Shown here in pieces: positions 58,706 to 64,000 of a stretch of DNA of 64,000 bases (its first letter is position 1; every line of letters begins with the position of its first letter). Under the pieces are notes generated by a model. That model worked only from the letters and a program-made list of their open reading frames with translations, ran no database searches and was not told the DNA's origin. The stretch comes from Octopus sinensis (Eukaryota), in the NCBI RefSeq assembly GCF_006345805.1, contig NC_043004.1, forward strand, positions 103,292,001 through 103,356,000. Reading direction: 5' to 3'. The position numbers and the translations under genes were made by a program.

Positions 58706-59274
58706 ATAGAACAGTCCAAAGAAGGGAAGACGGAGGTCTCCTTTCTCCACATGTTCCCTCCATCAATATCCATCACTGACTGTGTCCAATTTGTGATATA
58801 CATATGGATCATAGCGATCATAAGGCGGCGAGCTGGCAGAAACGTTAGCACGCCGGGCGAAATGCTCAGCAGTATTTCGTCTCTCGCTACGTTCTGAGTT
58901 CAAATTCCGCCGAGGTCGACTTAACTTTCATCCTTTCGGGGTCGATAAATAAAGTACCAGTTATGCACTGGGGGTCGATGTAATCTACTTAATCCCTTTT
59001 TCTGTCCTTGTTTGTCCCCTCTATGTTTAGCCCCTTGTGGGCAATAAAGAAATATATACATATGGATCAAAACAGTTTGATACAAATTCTTTGGTACTCC
59101 AAGTTTCAAAGTGCGATGCTAATCCTTAGCTACTGGAAATTTGAATCAAACTGTTTTGATCCATACATGTAACCCAACAGATGTGTTGAATGCCCTTCTT
59201 TTGTTTGTCCACTCACTCGTATATATTAGAGGAGCGTAACAACATTCAATTCATAGTGAGAGATAAAGACGTGT

Positions 59275-59645
59275 GTGGAAGCACTCCGTCGGTTACGACG
59301 ACGAGGGTTCCGGTTGATCCGATCAACGGAACAGCCTGCTCGTGAAATTAACGTGTAAGTGGCTGAGCACTCCACAGTCACGTGTACCCTTAACGTAGTT
59401 CTCGGGGATATTCAGCGTGACGCAGAGAGTGACAAGGTACGGGTACAACAGAAACAGGAAGTAAGAGTGAGAGAAAGTTGTGGTGAAAGAGTACAGCAGG
59501 GATTACCACCATCCCCTGCCGGAGCCTCGTGGAGCTTTTAGGTGTTTTCGCTCAATAAACACTCACAACGCCCGGTCTGGGAATCGAAACCGCGATCCTA
59601 CGACCGCGAGTCCGCTACCCTAACCACTGGGCCATTGCGCCTCCA
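59275..59645 (-). mobile_element. SINE family C with a small internal deletion
   Basis: TSD ATAAAGACGTGT (59263-59274, 59646-59657). Confidence 0.9.
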
Positions 59646-60413
59646 ATAAAGACGTGTATTGCTTTCCTGTCAGTCATCTGTCTTTCTTGCTCTGTTTGTT
59701 TGCTCTTTTACTTGGTTCAGTTATTTGGCTGCGGCCATGCTGGAACACCGTCATTTAGTCGAACAAATTCTTTGTAAGCCTAGTACTTATTCTATCAGTG
59801 TCTTTTGCCGAACCGCTGGTTACGGGGACGTAAACACACCAACAGCGATGATGCGGGGGTGGACAAACACACATATATACGACCGGCTTCTTTCAGTTTC
59901 CGTCTACCAAAACCACTCACAAGGCTTTGGTCGGCCCAAGGCTATAGTAAGAAGACACTTGCCCAAGGTGCCACGCAGTGGAACTGAACCCGGAACCATG
60001 TAGTTGAGAAGCAAGCTTCTTATCACACAGCCACACCTGCGCCTGTTTGTTTTGTTTCTTTGTTTGTTTTTCTTGATGCATTAAACTTAAAAAACAAAAT
60101 GAAGAACCCAATTTTTGAACGATTCGACATTTCAAAAAAATTATTATCCGATCTTCCTAACAATTGTAATTATTTCTTTTACCATTGATTAGAAAAAGGT
60201 CAAAGTTCATCCATTAGACAGGGTTATTATCTAAGAACACAGATATCCCTATCAGATCGTGTGATTTGTAAAATACTGTTCGGTTTTACCCTTGTCATAT
60301 GCCATCCTAGAAAAACCGTGACTCTATCTTAAAAACACATCGAGGCAGCCAAATCATTGATTAGCATTATAGCGTAAGGATAGGTTTTTCATGTACAGTA
60401 ATCACTATCTGTA

Positions 60414-60672
60414 AGAGGCGCGTGGCTTAGTGGTTAAGGTGTCAGCACCATGATCGTGAGATTGTGGTTTCGTTTCCTGGACCGGGCGACGCGTTGTGTT
60501 CTTGAGCAAAACACTTCATTTCACGTTGCTCCAGTCCACTCAGCTGGCAAATATGAGTAATGCTGCGATGGACTGGCGTCCCGTCCAGCTGGGGAACACA
60601 TACGCCATAGAAACCGGGAAACCGGGCCCATGAGCCTGGCTAGGCTTTAAAAGGGCGCATTTATTTTTTATT
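60414..60672 (+). mobile_element. SINE family D, second copy
   Basis: Near-identical to 5726..5985. Confidence 0.88.
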
Positions 60673-62059
60673 TTAATCCCTATCTAGTTTCGATTCTAAT
60701 AAGCGTCGTGCATTACTTGTCGAAAATGTATAACCATCACTTAATCTCACACAGTTTTATATTTCCCTGAATTGTAAATTTCAAATTTAATATTCAAAAA
60801 TTCTAACGTGAATTTTTTCGTTTTTTTTTTTGTTTGTTTTTAATCTAAGCTAACCAGTGGAACAGCATGTTATCCAGTTTCAATTCACGGATGTAATTAT
60901 CTTATTCCCTTTTAAATCGTCAGTTTCAGATATCCATCCCTGAAAAAAAAAATCATCAAATTCATGCCCATAATTTTGGTTGAGAGCAATTTGGGGGAGA
61001 GGAATGGTATCTTCTCGGCGTCTATAACGGTGCTATTGTAATCCAGCGAATTACAGATACATTGATTATCAAAATAAATTATTTCACTTCGATTTTAAAT
61101 AAATTCCAAGGAGACCAAACGAATAATCACTTAGTATGATCCGTTATAAAGGCACAAAGGAATTTCGTAGAATACTTAGCGAGTCAAAAGATTAGTACAT
61201 ACTGACTTAGTCTATTTGGTACTTTTATAAATTACATCATTGTGTGATGCTAGACTCACATAAGAGGGAGATGAAATGCAATTTCCATAGACTTTGAAAG
61301 CTTTAACAGATTTGTTGTTGTTGAACTTCAGCTGATCAACGTCTTCTTGCAAAACATTGGTGGAAAGAGTACCAGAGTACCGCAACTCTAAAGAGAAATG
61401 ATTGGCCAATATGTATATAGTAGGATCTGTGACGATAAATCTCGGTAGCATCTAAGAGTCTTGAGCGATGCTGGTATGAATCTTGAAAGGTCAGAGGAGT
61501 AAGGGCCGTTGGCGCAACGGTAGAAGAGATAGAGGGACTGCGTTCGATTGAATCATGCTAGAGAGAGAGAGAGAGAGAGTATTTATCGAGGGCTTTTTTT
61601 TGGAAGTGATCTTGTTGAGACGCAGATTTAATAATGTTTATATATATATACTCTTTTACTCTTTTACTCTTTTACTTGTTTCAGTCATTTGACTGGCCAT
61701 GCTGGAGCACCGCTTTTAGTCGAGAAAATCGACCCCGGGACTTATTCTTTGTAAGCCTAGTACTTATTCCATCAGTCTCTTTTGCCGAACCGCTAAGTTA
61801 CGGTGACGTAAACATACCAGCATCGGTTGTCAAGCGATGTTGGGGGTACAAATACAGACACACAAACATATACACGCACATACATATATATATATATACA
61901 TATATACGACGGGCTTCTTTCAGTTTCCGTCTACCAAATCCACTCTTAAGGCTATAGTAGAAGACACTTGCCCAAGGTGCCACGCAGTGGGACTGAACCC
62001 GGAACTATGTGGGGTGCAAGCAAGCTACATACCACACAGCCACTCCTATGCCTTCAGTG

Positions 62060-62120
<61 letters not shown>

Positions 62121-62169
62121 ATGTATGTATGTATGTATGTATGCATGTATGTATAGAGTGTTAGGTGTG

Positions 62170-62220
<51 letters not shown>

Positions 62221-63453
62221 TATATAAGTCACCATGAGAAGCCATCAGGCATTGACTATGAAGCTACGCATTTGTAACATTGAGGGTTTTGTGGTGTTTT
62301 GCTCATACGTATGAAGGGCGTAGAACATCATTTTGCTTGACAAGTGTAACCAGTGAACCATTGTGTCACTGTGTTACTTAATGAGACTGTTAGACATTTA
62401 TTTTGTCAATTGGAGGGTATTTTCAATGTCTTTCTTCACGAAACAAAACATGTCAGGTTTAAAATGGTTAGATTATGTTTGGATGATGCCAATGTTAACG
62501 AATAATGAAGGGTGTAATCATTTGCACAAGTGTGATTAGAAGAAACACGAAGTAGGCTAATAACACATAACCGGAAGCATGTCGGAAACGTAACCGAAAC
62601 CTGGATTGATACAATACTCCTCAGAAACAGCCCAAACAGTGCATGCTGCAATTTTGGCAGTCTATCAGGAAATCTTCGACTCGAAAGATAAAAAGGCCTA
62701 AAAAGGCAATAAGCAAGCAGCTGAGCTAAGTGATCCACATGTCAAACACGATCAAATGCATTATTAGTGCTATGGTGAACATTTCTTCTGAAGGTTCTCA
62801 GGGGCAAAAAGAAAAAAACCCTCAGGTGTATAACATAATTCTCGGTAAATCTGTATTTGCAGAAATCGTACAGGCAGTCACTAAAACGGGGCATAAAGAC
62901 TCAAGATAAAGACGGGAATGCTTGCTTATGATTGTCGTTATCAATGCTGCAGCATGGTCGGGCTGTCGTTGAAATTGTTTCCCTCGGGAATGAAACATCA
63001 TTGTGTGCATCCATGAATTAAAATAGATCCCAATAGAGGGATAAACTAAAGAGTTTGGTGAGAATATCTGGGGTTAATATTTAAGGATCACTACTTCAGG
63101 GTCGAAAAAGATGTTTTTGCTGTTGCTATTTTTGTTGTTGTTGTTGTTGTTTTGTGAAGCAGAGCTACACTCAAAGATCAAAGATATTCAAGGTCGTATT
63201 TCAGTCAAAAATTGTGTACTCTCTGGCCTACTTTTCTCACTTATCTAATATATATATATATATTTTATGCAGTAAAGTATTTTTAAGGAGACTTGGCTGC
63301 TGGTTATTGCAGGTCTTATGACCACAGAAGAGGTTTCTTCATTGCCTCAGAATCAGAAAGTAATGTGCCTACATTCTTATATTTTCCTCCTACTGCTAAG
63401 ATTTTCTAACGCACGCGCGCATGCACACGCACATTCATTAATGACGAACAAAC

Positions 63454-63463
<10 letters not shown>

Positions 63464-63539
<76 letters not shown>

Positions 63540-63566
63540 GGAGGGAGGGACAGACAGACATCCCCT

Positions 63567-63606
<40 letters not shown>
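63464..63606. repeat. (GATA)n followed by (GACA)n microsatellites
   Basis: Direct reading. Confidence 0.96.
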
Positions 63607-63633
63607 GGCAGACGGATAGAGTTGGGAGCTTAC

Positions 63634-64000
63634 TTACTTACTTTTTACTCTTCTACTTGTTTCAGTCATTTGACTGCGGCCATGCTGGAGCACCGCCTTT
63701 AGTCGAGCAAATCGACCCCGGGACTTATTCTTTGTAAGCTCAGTACTTCTTCTATCGGTCTCTTTTGCCGAACCGCTAAGTGACGGGGACGTAAACACAC
63801 CAGCATCGGTTGTCAAACAATGCTAGGGGGACAAACACAGACACACAAACACACACACATACATATATATATATACATATATACGACAGGTTTCTTTCAG
63901 TTTCCGCCTACCAAATCCACTCACAAGGCATTAGTCGGCCCGGGGCTATAGCAGAAGTCACTTGCCCAAGATGCCACGCAGTGGGACTGAACCCGGAACC
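63634..64000 (-). mobile_element. SINE family A, runs off the window end
   Basis: Reverse complement of the family A tail and body. Confidence 0.9.

Overview
Eukaryotic, AT-rich, repeat-dense genomic DNA. The SINE families and microsatellite load point to an octopus or other coleoid cephalopod (inference). The main gene is a + strand serine palmitoyltransferase 1 (SPTLC1/LCB1)-like gene. I assembled 13 coding exons by hand (10575..49458; 1371 nt, 456 aa plus stop, open throughout, all GT-AG); none is visible as a whole ORF in the track. Its start-codon exon is uncertain. An intact, intronless, divergent actin ORF (40016..41146, 376 aa, about 77% identical to beta-actin by manual alignment) sits on the same strand inside its largest coding intron (36872..44876). 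The rest is mobile DNA: two decayed R4/Dong LINE pieces, a full-length Tigger/pogo transposon with TIRs, RTE LINE fragments, non-autonomous Helitrons, a pogo-like MITE and several tRNA-derived SINE families with interchangeable head and tail modules. Structures not explained by these genes: four long palindromes (one with tandem G.A mismatches and a GCGAAAGC apex, one just past the SPTLC1 stop) and a dispersed repeat carrying Penelope-type minimal hammerhead-ribozyme motifs. Most ORFs in the supplied track are microsatellite or SINE artefacts. Protein comparisons are to sequences recalled from memory, not database searches.
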